Shown one piece after another: positions 45,506-54,932 of a stretch of DNA of 64,000 nt. Source of the stretch: an uncultured Alphaproteobacteria bacterium (GTDB lineage Bacteria; Pseudomonadota; Alphaproteobacteria; RF32; CAG-239). The stretch covers positions 10,636 through 74,635 of the forward strand of contig CAJUCZ010000004.1 of NCBI GenBank assembly GCA_910585375.1, given 5' to 3'. Numbering within the stretch: position 1 is the first letter of the stretch; each line of letters begins with the position of its first letter. The translations under genes were made by a program, and so were the position numbers. The notes below the pieces were generated by a model. It did not search any database and was not told the origin of the DNA. It worked only from the letters and a program-made list of their open reading frames with translations.

Positions 45506-48081
45506 GTTGTTTTTTCCTTTGTATCTTCCGTGCCGGCGGCATCAGAATTGGCCGTTGCCTTGTTCTCTGACAAAGATGTAGTATTGCCGCGGCTGTTATA
45601 CAAGATGATGGCTTCTTGTTTTTCTTTAACGACCGGAGCCGGTCTGCTGCCGGAATCTCTCGGTGAACGGTCTTTTCTGTCCCGATTGCCCCTGTCGCGC
45701 CGTCCTCTGCGGTTGCGGTCACGGCGGTCTCTCCGGTTGCCGGTATTTTCTCTGTCGCTTTCTTCAGCTTGAACAATTTCTTCGGCCGTCGTATCAGAAC
45801 TTTCATTGATGTTAGAAAGCTCTTCCTGCTTTTCTTCCGTTTTTTCGCGTCGGGAATTCCTTTTTCCTTCGCGGCGTTCGTTACGGCTGTCATCACGCTT
45901 TTCTTCACGTTTTTCTTTTTCAGCCGTTTTTTTGTCTTCCTCTTCGGATTTTGTGCTCTTAACCCGCTCAATCCGGTAGTCGGAAACGTTTTTAATGCTG
46001 TTGTCAGCGCTGATGATAATGCTCATGCCGTAACGCTTTTCCAAATCAATCAGTTTTTCGCGTTTGTGATTTAGCAGATAAACGGCAATATCGCCGGGCA
46101 CAAACACATTGACCGAAGTCGAACGGTTGCGGATGCCTTCTTCTTCAATTCCGCGCAAAATCAGAACCGCTGCGGAATCCGTTGTCCTGACAAGGCCTTT
46201 TCCTCCGCAGTAAGGGCAGGTCGTATAATTGCTTTCAAAGAAAGAAGAGTGCATTCTCTGGCGCGAAAGCTCCAGCAGCCCGAAGCAGCTCATCTTGCCG
46301 ACCTGAACACGGGAGCGGTCTTTTTTCAAAGCCTCTTTCATCCGGCGTTCAACGGCATGGTTGTTTGCCGGTTCATCCATATCAATAAAGTCAATCACAA
46401 CCAACCCGGCCAGATTGCGCATTCTGAGCTGGCGGGCAATTTCATCGCATGCTTCAAGATTGGTCTTGAGAGCGGTTTCTTCCAAATCTTTTTCTTTGGT
46501 TGCACGGCCGGAGTTGACGTCAATTGAAACCAGAGCCTCTGTCGGGTTAATGACCAGATAGCCGCCGGATTCCAGTTGCGCATTGGCGTCATGCAGCTTG
46601 TCAAGCTGGGTCTCAACCTGAAAACGCTGGAACAGCGGCATTTCATTATTGCGATAATTTTTGATTTTTTTCAGGCTGTGCGGGGAAAGGATTCTGAAAA
46701 AGTCCTTGGCCATTTTATAGGCATTCTCGCCTGAAACCAAAATCTCCGAAACTTCTTTGGTATAAATATCGCGCAATGCCCGCTTAATCAGATTTCCTTC
46801 CTCATGAATCATGGCTGGAGCCTTGCTGCTCAAAGATGCGATTCGGATCTGATTCCAGCTTCTGATAAGATAATTGTAATCACGCACAATATCTGCTTTT
46901 GTCTTTTCTTCACCGGCAGTGCGGACGATAATGGACATATCGCTGGTCAGCGGCAGTTCTTTGACAATATTTTTAAGTCTCTTGCGGTCAGCCACATTGG
47001 TAATTTTACGGGAAACTCCGCCGCTTTTGATCCTGTTTGGCATCAAAACGCAGTATCTTCCGGCCAGAGACAGGTACGTTGTTAAAGCGGCGCCTTTGTT
47101 TCCGCGTTCTTCTTTAACAATCTGAACCATTAAAATCTGGCCTTCTTTAATCACTTCCTGAATACTGTGGCGGTGGTAAAGCTTGCGGGACTTCAAAAGT
47201 TTTTTCTGCAGGTCAAAATCATATTCCTGCTCTTCATCGTCATCTTCGTCAAAAGCCTCGCTGCCGCAAACTTCGTCATCTTCTTCGTCATCGGCCGCGG
47301 AAGAGGGCGAAACTGCCTCGGTGATACTGTCTTCTTCTGTACCGCTGTCTTCGCTCAAAACTTTCAGTTCTTCGTTGGCTTCACGTTTCTTGCTGCGGCG
47401 CGGCCTTCTGCGATAACGTGATTTCCGGCCTTTTTCTTCCTCCTGATTTTCCTCATCGGGTTCCGAAGCTTCGGCAGTTGTTTCGGAAACTTCTTCTGCT
47501 GTTTCGGTAACATCACCTGCGGCTTCAGTTGCTTGTTCTTCAGCTTCGGCCGGAGTATCTTGCGCCGTCGTTTCTTCATTTGTCGCTTCGCCGGCATTTC
47601 CTGCTTGCATAGCACTGTCGCTGTTATCCGATTCGTCCGGGGCTGATGCTTTTGTCTCAGGTTGTTCCGCCTGCGTTGCCGCTTCCTGTTCGGCTTTCAG
47701 TCTTTCGGCTTCCAGCCGGGCCTGTTGTTTTTCGGCGCGGATTCTTTCTCTTTCGAGTTCGCGTTCTTTGATTGCGGCCTTTTTGTTCTCAATAATCTCG
47801 TCAACTTCTTTGTCAACCTCGGCCAGCTCTTCTTCCGATACATTATAATAGTCGGGATGAATTTCGCCAAAAGCCAAAAATCCATGCTTGTTGCCGCCGT
47901 AATCCACGAATGCGGCCTGCAGGGAGGGCTCGACCCTCATGACTTTGGCAAGATAAATGTTTCCTTTAATCTGGCGGCGATAAGCAGTTTCGCATTCAAC
48001 ATCTTCCAGCTTGTTTCCGTTAATAACCACAACCCGTGTTTCTTCCGGATTAGTGTCGTCAATCAACATTCTTTTAATCAT
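45478..48081 (-). CDS. rne: ribonuclease E
   Basis: N-terminal S1/RNase E catalytic domain (MIKRMLIDDTNPEETRVVVI…), acidic/Arg-rich C-terminal scaffold; start chosen at ATG 48081 (MIKRMLIDD). Confidence 0.9.
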   Translation of the reverse strand: MIKRMLIDDTNPEETRVVVINGNKLEDVECETAYRRQIKGNIYLAKVMRVEPSLQAAFVDYGGNKHGFLAFGEIHPDYYNVSEEELAEVDKEVDEIIENKKAAIKERELERERIRAEKQQARLEAERLKAEQEAATQAEQPETKASAPDESDNSDSAMQAGNAGEATNEETTAQDTPAEAEEQATEAAGDVTETAEEVSETTAEASEPDEENQEEEKGRKSRYRRRPRRSKKREANEELKVLSEDSGTEEDSITEAVSPSSAADDEEDDEVCGSEAFDEDDDEEQEYDFDLQKKLLKSRKLYHRHSIQEVIKEGQILMVQIVKEERGNKGAALTTYLSLAGRYCVLMPNRIKSGGVSRKITNVADRKRLKNIVKELPLTSDMSIIVRTAGEEKTKADIVRDYNYLIRSWNQIRIASLSSKAPAMIHEEGNLIKRALRDIYTKEVSEILVSGENAYKMAKDFFRILSPHSLKKIKNYRNNEMPLFQRFQVETQLDKLHDANAQLESGGYLVINPTEALVSIDVNSGRATKEKDLEETALKTNLEACDEIARQLRMRNLAGLVVIDFIDMDEPANNHAVERRMKEALKKDRSRVQVGKMSCFGLLELSRQRMHSSFFESNYTTCPYCGGKGLVRTTDSAAVLILRGIEEEGIRNRSTSVNVFVPGDIAVYLLNHKREKLIDLEKRYGMSIIISADNSIKNVSDYRIERVKSTKSEEEDKKTAEKEKREEKRDDSRNERREGKRNSRREKTEEKQEELSNINESSDTTAEEIVQAEESDRENTGNRRDRRDRNRRGRRDRGNRDRKDRSPRDSGSRPAPVVKEKQEAIILYNSRGNTTSLSENKATANSDAAGTEDTKEKTTWWKKLIKG

Positions 48082-48114
48082 AAATAATAACTCCATTGCT
48101 TGGCTGTAATGCAA

Positions 48115-48593
48115 ACAGCCTGATTCTATATGCCGGAGTTTGTCGACTTTAAACGGATTCCTTTTATCTGTAAGTCCGTCAATCTTAAAATATCTATATT
48201 TCCGAGCTGTGACAACAGCTTGTCTTTATATAAAAACTTTTTCATATTCACAACAGGTTCAAAGTCTTATCCAAATGCTTTTAACATGTTGTAAATACAC
48301 AGACATCGTCCGGCAAAAACTTTTTCTCGCGGGTTGGATGAGGCCGAAAATATCAATGATAAAACGGCGGTATCAAAATTTGGTCTTGCAAAATCAGTCT
48401 TCTTAAGTGTAAATGTTAAAACCAAGCCCTGATACAAAAAAATTCATTTAACCCAACAATAAGATATACGAATTGTTTTAAAACACAACAACAAAATCAT
48501 CTCGGGCACAAATTTTTTGCCGCAAAGTTTAACGACTTGGTAATGAATGTTTTGTATCATGAAAAAACAGAAGAATTTTTTGAATAGCGCATA
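48115..48593 (-). promoter_or_regulatory. long rne 5' UTR/divergent promoter region (rne <-> amiC)
   Basis: ~480-bp non-coding gap upstream of rne; RNase E genes characteristically carry long autoregulatory leaders. Confidence 0.4.
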
Positions 48594-49859
48594 ATGTTGT
48601 CAAAACTGAAAAAAAATATTGCCGTTTTTTTCAAAAGGTTCGCCGTATCGGCGGCCCTTGCTTTGTTTTGCCTGCCGTTTTTTTGCAGAGGGGAAGCTTC
48701 GGCAGCAACAATTCAGTCTTTGCGTATCGGGCAGAATGCCGGAGGAATCCGCATTGTTTTTGATACTGATGCCAAAATAGGTTACAATGCCTTTTTGCTG
48801 AGCGGTCCGCGCCGTTTGGTAATTGATTTTGATAACGTCACGCTTAATGCCAAAGTCGAGAAAAGTCTGACAAGCAATAACGTGCTGGAAAATCCCCGTA
48901 TCGGACGCAATGTCGATACCGGCGCCGCCCGTCTGGCTTTTGACCTCAAACAGCCTGCCGTTATCAAAAAAGCTTTTATGCTTCCGCCGCAAATTAACTT
49001 TGGCTGGCGTTTTGTGGTCGATTTGGAAATCACGGCCGAAAGCGACTTCTCGAAACACGTCGGAGCGGCCTATGCCGTGTCGGATGACGGCGGTTCTTCT
49101 TCGCAGAGCGTTAAAAATGCCAAAAGCGCCAAGCCTTCTGCAGCCGTGGAAAAAAGAAGCAAAGCCAAAAAAATCATTGTGCTGGATCCCGGACACGGCG
49201 GACAAGATCCCGGAGCAATCGGCGTTTCCGGCGTTTATGAAAAAAATATCACGTTGTCGGCAGCCCGGGAACTGAAAAAAATCCTTGATGCAAAAGGTGA
49301 GTATAAGGTTTATATGACCCGCAACCGCGATGTCTTTATTCCTCTGCGAGAAAGGGTTAAAATTGCCCGCAAATACAAGGCCGATTTATTCTTGTCCATT
49401 CATGCCGACAGCGCTTTAAACCGCAATGCCAAAGGTCTGTCCGTTTATACTTTGTCAGAAAAAGCGTCAGACAAAGAAGCCGCTGCATTGGCGGAACGTG
49501 AAAATAAAGCCGATGTTATTGCCGGCCTGAATTTTGCCGAACATTCCAAAGAAGTGTCGGATATTTTGATTAATCTTGCCCAGCGCGAAACCTTAAACCG
49601 TTCATCGGAATTTGCAACCTTTATGGTTTCGGAAATGCGCAAAAGCTGCAAACTTTTGGACAATACGCACCGCTTTGCCGGCTTTGCCGTTCTGAAAGCG
49701 CCGGACATTCCTTCCGTTCTGCTGGAAATGGGATACTTGTCTAACCGCTCGGAAGAAAAACTTCTGCGCCAGTTGTCCTACCGCCAGAAACTGGCCAAAT
49801 CCGCCGCCGCCGCCATTGATAAATATTTTGACAATATGCACCACGCCTCATTGTTTTAA
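48594..49859 (+). CDS. amiC: N-acetylmuramoyl-L-alanine amidase AmiC (AMIN + Amidase_3 domains)
   Basis: signal peptide; AMIN domain; catalytic domain VLDPGHGGQDPGA…LSIHADS. Confidence 0.85.
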   Translation: MLSKLKKNIAVFFKRFAVSAALALFCLPFFCRGEASAATIQSLRIGQNAGGIRIVFDTDAKIGYNAFLLSGPRRLVIDFDNVTLNAKVEKSLTSNNVLENPRIGRNVDTGAARLAFDLKQPAVIKKAFMLPPQINFGWRFVVDLEITAESDFSKHVGAAYAVSDDGGSSSQSVKNAKSAKPSAAVEKRSKAKKIIVLDPGHGGQDPGAIGVSGVYEKNITLSAARELKKILDAKGEYKVYMTRNRDVFIPLRERVKIARKYKADLFLSIHADSALNRNAKGLSVYTLSEKASDKEAAALAERENKADVIAGLNFAEHSKEVSDILINLAQRETLNRSSEFATFMVSEMRKSCKLLDNTHRFAGFAVLKAPDIPSVLLEMGYLSNRSEEKLLRQLSYRQKLAKSAAAAIDKYFDNMHHASLF

Positions 49860-49891
49860 GGCAATTCCGGCAGTTGAAAGTTTAATTCTTT

Positions 49892-50273
49892 CTATTCGCA
49901 CAAATAATAAATAGAATTATAAATGCTATAAGTATCGCAGTAGCCACTTTTATAAACAGGTTTGCCTCCGATTGCTTTGCAGCTGGCTTTCATATCACTG
50001 CAATCAGGTTTTTCTTTATTATCGGAAATGCAATCAGAATAGCGATCACAGTATGTAAACTTGTCATCACAACAGAAGCCGCGTAGTACGACAGTCAGGC
50101 AATTTCCGTTTTTACAAATTTGCCCGCTTGAACACTTAGAACTTCCGCAGCTTTCGTAATTAGTTGTCCCGTTTCTTCCGCATGATGCGCCTGCGGTATA
50201 TTGGCATTCTCTGGCACAGTCGGCCCCCGACTGCGCCTGCTGCGCAGGTGTCAGCGTTAAGCTTTACTGACAT
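49892..50273 (-). pseudogene. small Cys-rich protein gene interrupted by frameshift at C5/G5 homopolymer (50224-50228)
   Basis: ATG 50273 frame encodes MSVKLNADTCAAGAVGG…, and removing one C from the C5 run restores a continuous ~126-aa Cys-rich ORF ending at 49892 (…ECQYTAGASCGRNGTTNYESCGSSKCSSGQICKNGNCL…YYLCE). Confidence 0.5.
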
Positions 50274-50499
50274 TAATCTTATTATAAAGTCATGTATATA
50301 TAAACCATGTTTGAGAAGGGGTGTGATTTTCGGGAAAAGTTCGTGCAGAACGGTCGGAAAAAGAATTTTTATCAGCAAAGGTTTGCCGGAACAAAGGGGG
50401 AAAAATAAAAAATTTCTTTGCAATTTTCTTAAATTGTAATAGATTAAGCACGAGATTTTGAACAATAAGATTAAAAAGCCCTAAAACCACGGATTTGAA

Positions 50500-52962
50500 A
50501 TGTTAAAAACGCTGTCTTCTTTATTAAGCACTTTTTTCTTTTTTGCAGTTATTGTGTTTGTTGTTGTAATCAGCACAATTTGGGATTATGCCGGAAAACT
50601 TCCTGATTATCGTCAGTTGGCCAAATACGAACCGGCCGTTACGACCCGCCTGTATGCCGGCGATGGCCGCTTGTTGATGGAATATGCAACGGAAAAGCGT
50701 TTTTTTGTACCGGTAGATAAAATTCCTGAAAAAGTAAAGAATGCGTTTATTGCGGCTGAAGACAAAAAGTTTTATTCCCATTCCGGTATTGATTATGTCG
50801 GAATTGTGCGCGCGGTCTTGAGCAATATTAAAAAAATCGGTACCGGCGCCCGTCCCGGCGGCGCTTCGACAATTACCCAGCAGGTAGCTAAAAATTTCTT
50901 GTTGTCGTCCGAATTGTCTTACAGCCGCAAAATCAAAGAAGCCATTTTGGCAACGCGGATTGAACAGGCTTTTTCCAAAGATCATATTTTGGAACTTTAT
51001 CTGAATGAAATTTATCTCGGTAACCGCTCCTATGGGGTCGGTGCCGCTGCATTGAATTATTTTGGCAAATCTTTGGACGAGTTGACTTTGGAAGAAGCCG
51101 CTTATCTGGCGGCTTTGCCTAAAGGACCGAACAATTATAATCCCAAAACCAAAAACGCTGCTGCCGTCGCCCGCCGCAACTGGGTGATTGACCGCATGGT
51201 CGAAGACGGCTATGTCAGTGAGGAAGAAGCGCTTGCAGCCAAGGAAAAACCGTTGGTTACCATACAGCGGAATAATGAGTTTGTCAAAGATTCACAATAT
51301 TTTAGTGAAGAAGTCCGCCGCCGCATAACCGACAAATTCGGAGATGATGCCTTGTATGAAGGCGGATTGCTGGTTCGGACGACTGTTGATCCTAAATTGC
51401 AGGAAATTGCCACAAAAGTCTTTAGAAAAGGTTTGCAGGATTATGACGATCGTCACGGTTGGCGCGGGGCTGTGGCCAATATTAGTTTGGATGGCGATTA
51501 TAAAGAAACTCTTGCTAAAATTGAAATGCCGAAAGGCGCGGACAAAAACTGGCAGAAAGCCGTCGTACTCGAAACATCCAAAGACAAAGCCGTTATTGAA
51601 ACAAGTGCCGGAGAACGCGGCTCAATTCCTCTGGCCTTTATGCCTTCTGCCGGCAAGACGCTGAAAAATCAAGGGATTACCGGTCCGTTGGGCAGTGTTG
51701 CCAAATATTTGGAAAAAGGCGATGTGATATATGTGGAGAAAGCGGCTGAAAAGGAAATTGCCGCCAAAAAATTGACGGCGGACAGTTATCATTTGCGTCA
51801 GGTGCCGGATGTTCAGGGCGCTTTGATTGTACTTGACCCGCATACCGGCAAAGTGTTGGCTGCTGTCGGCGGATATGATTTTTCCCAGTCGCAGTTTAAC
51901 CGCGCGACGCAGGCCAAACGCCAGACCGGCTCTTCTTTCAAGCCTTTTGTTTATATTACGGCTTTGGATAACGGCTATTCTCCCACGGATTTAATTTTGG
52001 ATGCGCCGTTTGTGTTGGATCAGGGCGAGGGGTTGCCGAAATGGAAACCCAAAAACTATTCGGTTAATTTTTACGGCCCGACAACATTACGTCAGGGAAT
52101 TGAAAAATCGCGCAATTTGATGACTGTCCGTCTGGCGCAGGACTTGGGCATGGATAAAGTTTCGGATTATGTCCGCCGCTTCGGGATTAACGATAATCTG
52201 CCAAAACTGCTTTCCATGTCTCTGGGGGCTTCAGACACGCGTTTGATTAATATGGCGGCGGGCTATGCCATGATTGTAAACGGCGGCAAAAAAATTGAGC
52301 CTTATTTTATTGAGCAGGTGCAGGATCGCAACGGCAAAACCATTTTGAAACATGACAAACGCGAATGTGCCGGCTGCAATGTAAACTTTTATGAAAGTCA
52401 GGAAACGCCGAAACTGATTGATAATCGGGAACAAATTGTTGATCCGCTCAGCGCTTATCAGATGACCAGTATTCTTGAAGGCGTGGCAATCAGGGGAACA
52501 GCCTCCCGTCTGCGTAATTTAAACAAACATCTGGCGGGCAAAACCGGAACCACCAATGATAATAAAGATTCCTGGTTCATTGGCTTTTCTCCGGATTTGG
52601 TCGTGGGCGTTTATCTTGGCTTTGACGAACCGAGAACGTTGGGCAGACGGGAGACCGGCGCAACCGCAGCGCTGCCGGTTTTTTATGATTTTATGCAGCA
52701 GGCCCTGAAAAACCAGCCGGATATTCCTTTCCGGATTCCAAACGGCATTAAGCTTGTGCGGGTTAACCATACGACCGGAAAACCGGCAACCCCGATGGAT
52801 AAGTCCGTTATTGTCGAGGCTTTGAAACCGGACTTTGATTTTGACAAACAGGCACAAAGGGTAATTGGCGGAGAAACGGTGGCCGCAGACGGTAAAGAAG
52901 CGCCGTCTTCCGGTTATTCCGCAGAAGAGGGCGGAGATTTTCAGCTTGGCGGACAATATTAA
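50500..52962 (+). CDS. mrcA: penicillin-binding protein 1A (bifunctional transglycosylase/transpeptidase)
   Basis: GT51 motifs (EDKKFYSHSGID, GASTITQQ), TP motifs SxxK (SSFK), SxN, KTGT. Confidence 0.95.
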   Translation: MLKTLSSLLSTFFFFAVIVFVVVISTIWDYAGKLPDYRQLAKYEPAVTTRLYAGDGRLLMEYATEKRFFVPVDKIPEKVKNAFIAAEDKKFYSHSGIDYVGIVRAVLSNIKKIGTGARPGGASTITQQVAKNFLLSSELSYSRKIKEAILATRIEQAFSKDHILELYLNEIYLGNRSYGVGAAALNYFGKSLDELTLEEAAYLAALPKGPNNYNPKTKNAAAVARRNWVIDRMVEDGYVSEEEALAAKEKPLVTIQRNNEFVKDSQYFSEEVRRRITDKFGDDALYEGGLLVRTTVDPKLQEIATKVFRKGLQDYDDRHGWRGAVANISLDGDYKETLAKIEMPKGADKNWQKAVVLETSKDKAVIETSAGERGSIPLAFMPSAGKTLKNQGITGPLGSVAKYLEKGDVIYVEKAAEKEIAAKKLTADSYHLRQVPDVQGALIVLDPHTGKVLAAVGGYDFSQSQFNRATQAKRQTGSSFKPFVYITALDNGYSPTDLILDAPFVLDQGEGLPKWKPKNYSVNFYGPTTLRQGIEKSRNLMTVRLAQDLGMDKVSDYVRRFGINDNLPKLLSMSLGASDTRLINMAAGYAMIVNGGKKIEPYFIEQVQDRNGKTILKHDKRECAGCNVNFYESQETPKLIDNREQIVDPLSAYQMTSILEGVAIRGTASRLRNLNKHLAGKTGTTNDNKDSWFIGFSPDLVVGVYLGFDEPRTLGRRETGATAALPVFYDFMQQALKNQPDIPFRIPNGIKLVRVNHTTGKPATPMDKSVIVEALKPDFDFDKQAQRVIGGETVAADGKEAPSSGYSAEEGGDFQLGGQY

Positions 52963-52976
52963 GGAGTATAAAAGAG

Positions 52977-54072
52977 ATGAGAGCAGAAATTGCGGAAGTT
53001 GTTGAAGAAATCAGGCAGTCGCTGGAACTGCTGAGGAGGTCTCTTTGACTATGATAATGCTGTATTGCGCCTGAGCGAACTCAATGCGTTGAGCGAAGAT
53101 GCCAATCTTTGGAACGATGCTGAAAAAGCCAAAAAACTGATGAGCGAAAAAACGCGTCTGGAAGACAATCTCGGCCATTATGATGCAATGTTCAAGGCTC
53201 TGAATGATACGGTTGAACTTGCAGAAATGGCAGAAACAGAGGATGACGAAACCGTTATTGCCGAAGCTTATCAGGAACTTTTGTCCTTAAAAGAGGAGGC
53301 CAAACGCGGTGAACTGGAAGCCTTGCTCTCGGGAGAAGTCGATGCCAACGACGCCTTTTTGGAAGTTCATGCCGGCAGCGGCGGCACCGAGGCGCAGGAC
53401 TGGGCGGAAATGCTGGCGCGTATGTACAGCCGCTGGGCGGAAAACCGCAAATTTAAAACCGAATATATAGAAGAAACCGAAGGCGATGTCGCCGGCATTA
53501 AATCCGTAACCCTGAAAATTTCCGGACATAATGCCTATGGCTGGTTGAAGTCGGAAACCGGAGTACATCGTCTGGTGCGGATTTCACCTTTCGACAGTGC
53601 GGCGCGCCGCCATACCAGTTTTGCCTCGGTCGGAGTCTATCCGGTACTGGATGATGATATTGAAATTGAGATTAATGAATCCGACTGCCGGGTTGATACC
53701 TATCGCGCCAGCGGTGCCGGCGGCCAGCATATTAACAAAACCGATTCTGCGGTTCGTATAACGCACATTCCGACCGGAATAGTCGTACAGTGCCAAAACC
53801 AGCGCTCTCAGTTTCAAAACCGTGACGCTGCGTGGAAAATGCTCAAAGCCCGCCTGTACGAGCTGGAACTCAAAAGACGCGAAGAAGCCGAGCAGGCAAT
53901 GCGAGATAATCAAAGCGACATCGGCTGGGGGCATCAGATCCGTTCTTATGTTTTGCAGCCTTATAAAATGGTCAAAGATTTGCGGACGGAAGCTGAAACT
54001 TCTGATACCAAGGCCGTTCTAGACGGTAATATTGATATGTTCTTAAGTGCGGCGCTCGCACATAAATTATAG
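52977..54072 (+). CDS. prfB: peptide chain release factor 2, with programmed +1 frameshift at CTT-TGA-C (53043-53049)
   Basis: frame-0 ORF of 23 codons ([23 protein letters not shown]) ends at in-frame TGA preceded by SD-like AGGAGG; +1 frame continues [13 protein letters not shown]… through GGQ motif ([10 protein letters not shown]) and SPF motif. Confidence 0.9.
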
Positions 54073-54083
54073 ATGAGGCAAAA

Positions 54084-54929
54084 ATGAAAAAAAGTGGAAA
54101 ATGGTTAAAAAGGGCCGTTGTTGCCGGTGTTGTAATTTATGCTTTATTTTGTGCTGCTGTTTATTTTTATCCGCAATACTTTTTTTACAATCCAACGCAT
54201 GTGCCTTCAAATCTGGACAATGCCCGTGCAAAAGGTTTTATGGCCGAGCGTGTTGATTATGTTTCCGAAGACGGCACGCCGCTGTTCGGCTGGTATATTC
54301 CTCCGCGTCAGAACAATATGCCGTTGGTTGTATTTATGCATGGAAATTCTTATAATATTGAAACCTTTTATAATAAAATGCAGCCGCTGGCAGAAGCCGG
54401 ATATGGCGTTTTTATGCCGGAATATCGAGGATTTGGCGGCATAGAGGGCAAAATTACGCAGGCCAATCTGGAGGCAGACGCCATCGCTGCGGTCAGAAAA
54501 CTGCAACAAATGGGGTATGATAATTCCCGTATGGTGATCTATGGCATGTCTTTGGGATCTCATATGGCAACCAACAGCGTTTATAAACTGCAGAATGACG
54601 GAAACTTTGCCGGCCTGATTTTGGAAGTGCCGTTTGATAATATTGAAAACGTTGTCCGGCTGGTTGTGCCTGTTCCGCTGCCGCTGCAATACATTGTTCA
54701 AGACAAATATCACAATGAAGAAATGCTTTCCGGTGTAAATGCGCCTCTTTTGCTGATGGGCGGCACACATGACCGCACGGTTCCCGTTGAATTGGCAAAA
54801 AAATTATATACATTTGCTAAAGAACCCAAAAATATGATTATATATCAGGAAGGAACACACAGCGGCCTGTACGATATGCAAAATTATAAAGATGTTCTTT
54901 CATGGTTGGAAAACTTAAGAAGAAAGTAA
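54084..54929 (+). CDS. alpha/beta hydrolase
   Basis: N-terminal TM; nucleophile elbow GMSLGSH; …HGTHD…. Confidence 0.7.
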   Translation: MKKSGKWLKRAVVAGVVIYALFCAAVYFYPQYFFYNPTHVPSNLDNARAKGFMAERVDYVSEDGTPLFGWYIPPRQNNMPLVVFMHGNSYNIETFYNKMQPLAEAGYGVFMPEYRGFGGIEGKITQANLEADAIAAVRKLQQMGYDNSRMVIYGMSLGSHMATNSVYKLQNDGNFAGLILEVPFDNIENVVRLVVPVPLPLQYIVQDKYHNEEMLSGVNAPLLLMGGTHDRTVPVELAKKLYTFAKEPKNMIIYQEGTHSGLYDMQNYKDVLSWLENLRRK

Positions 54930-54932
54930 AAA

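Noticed and set aside
53065-54072. ORF-track start of prfB at ATG 53065
   Set aside because: An upstream frame-0 mini-ORF from 52977 with the canonical AGGAGG…CTT TGA C frameshift cassette explains the N-terminus; 53065 would truncate conserved RF2 residues.
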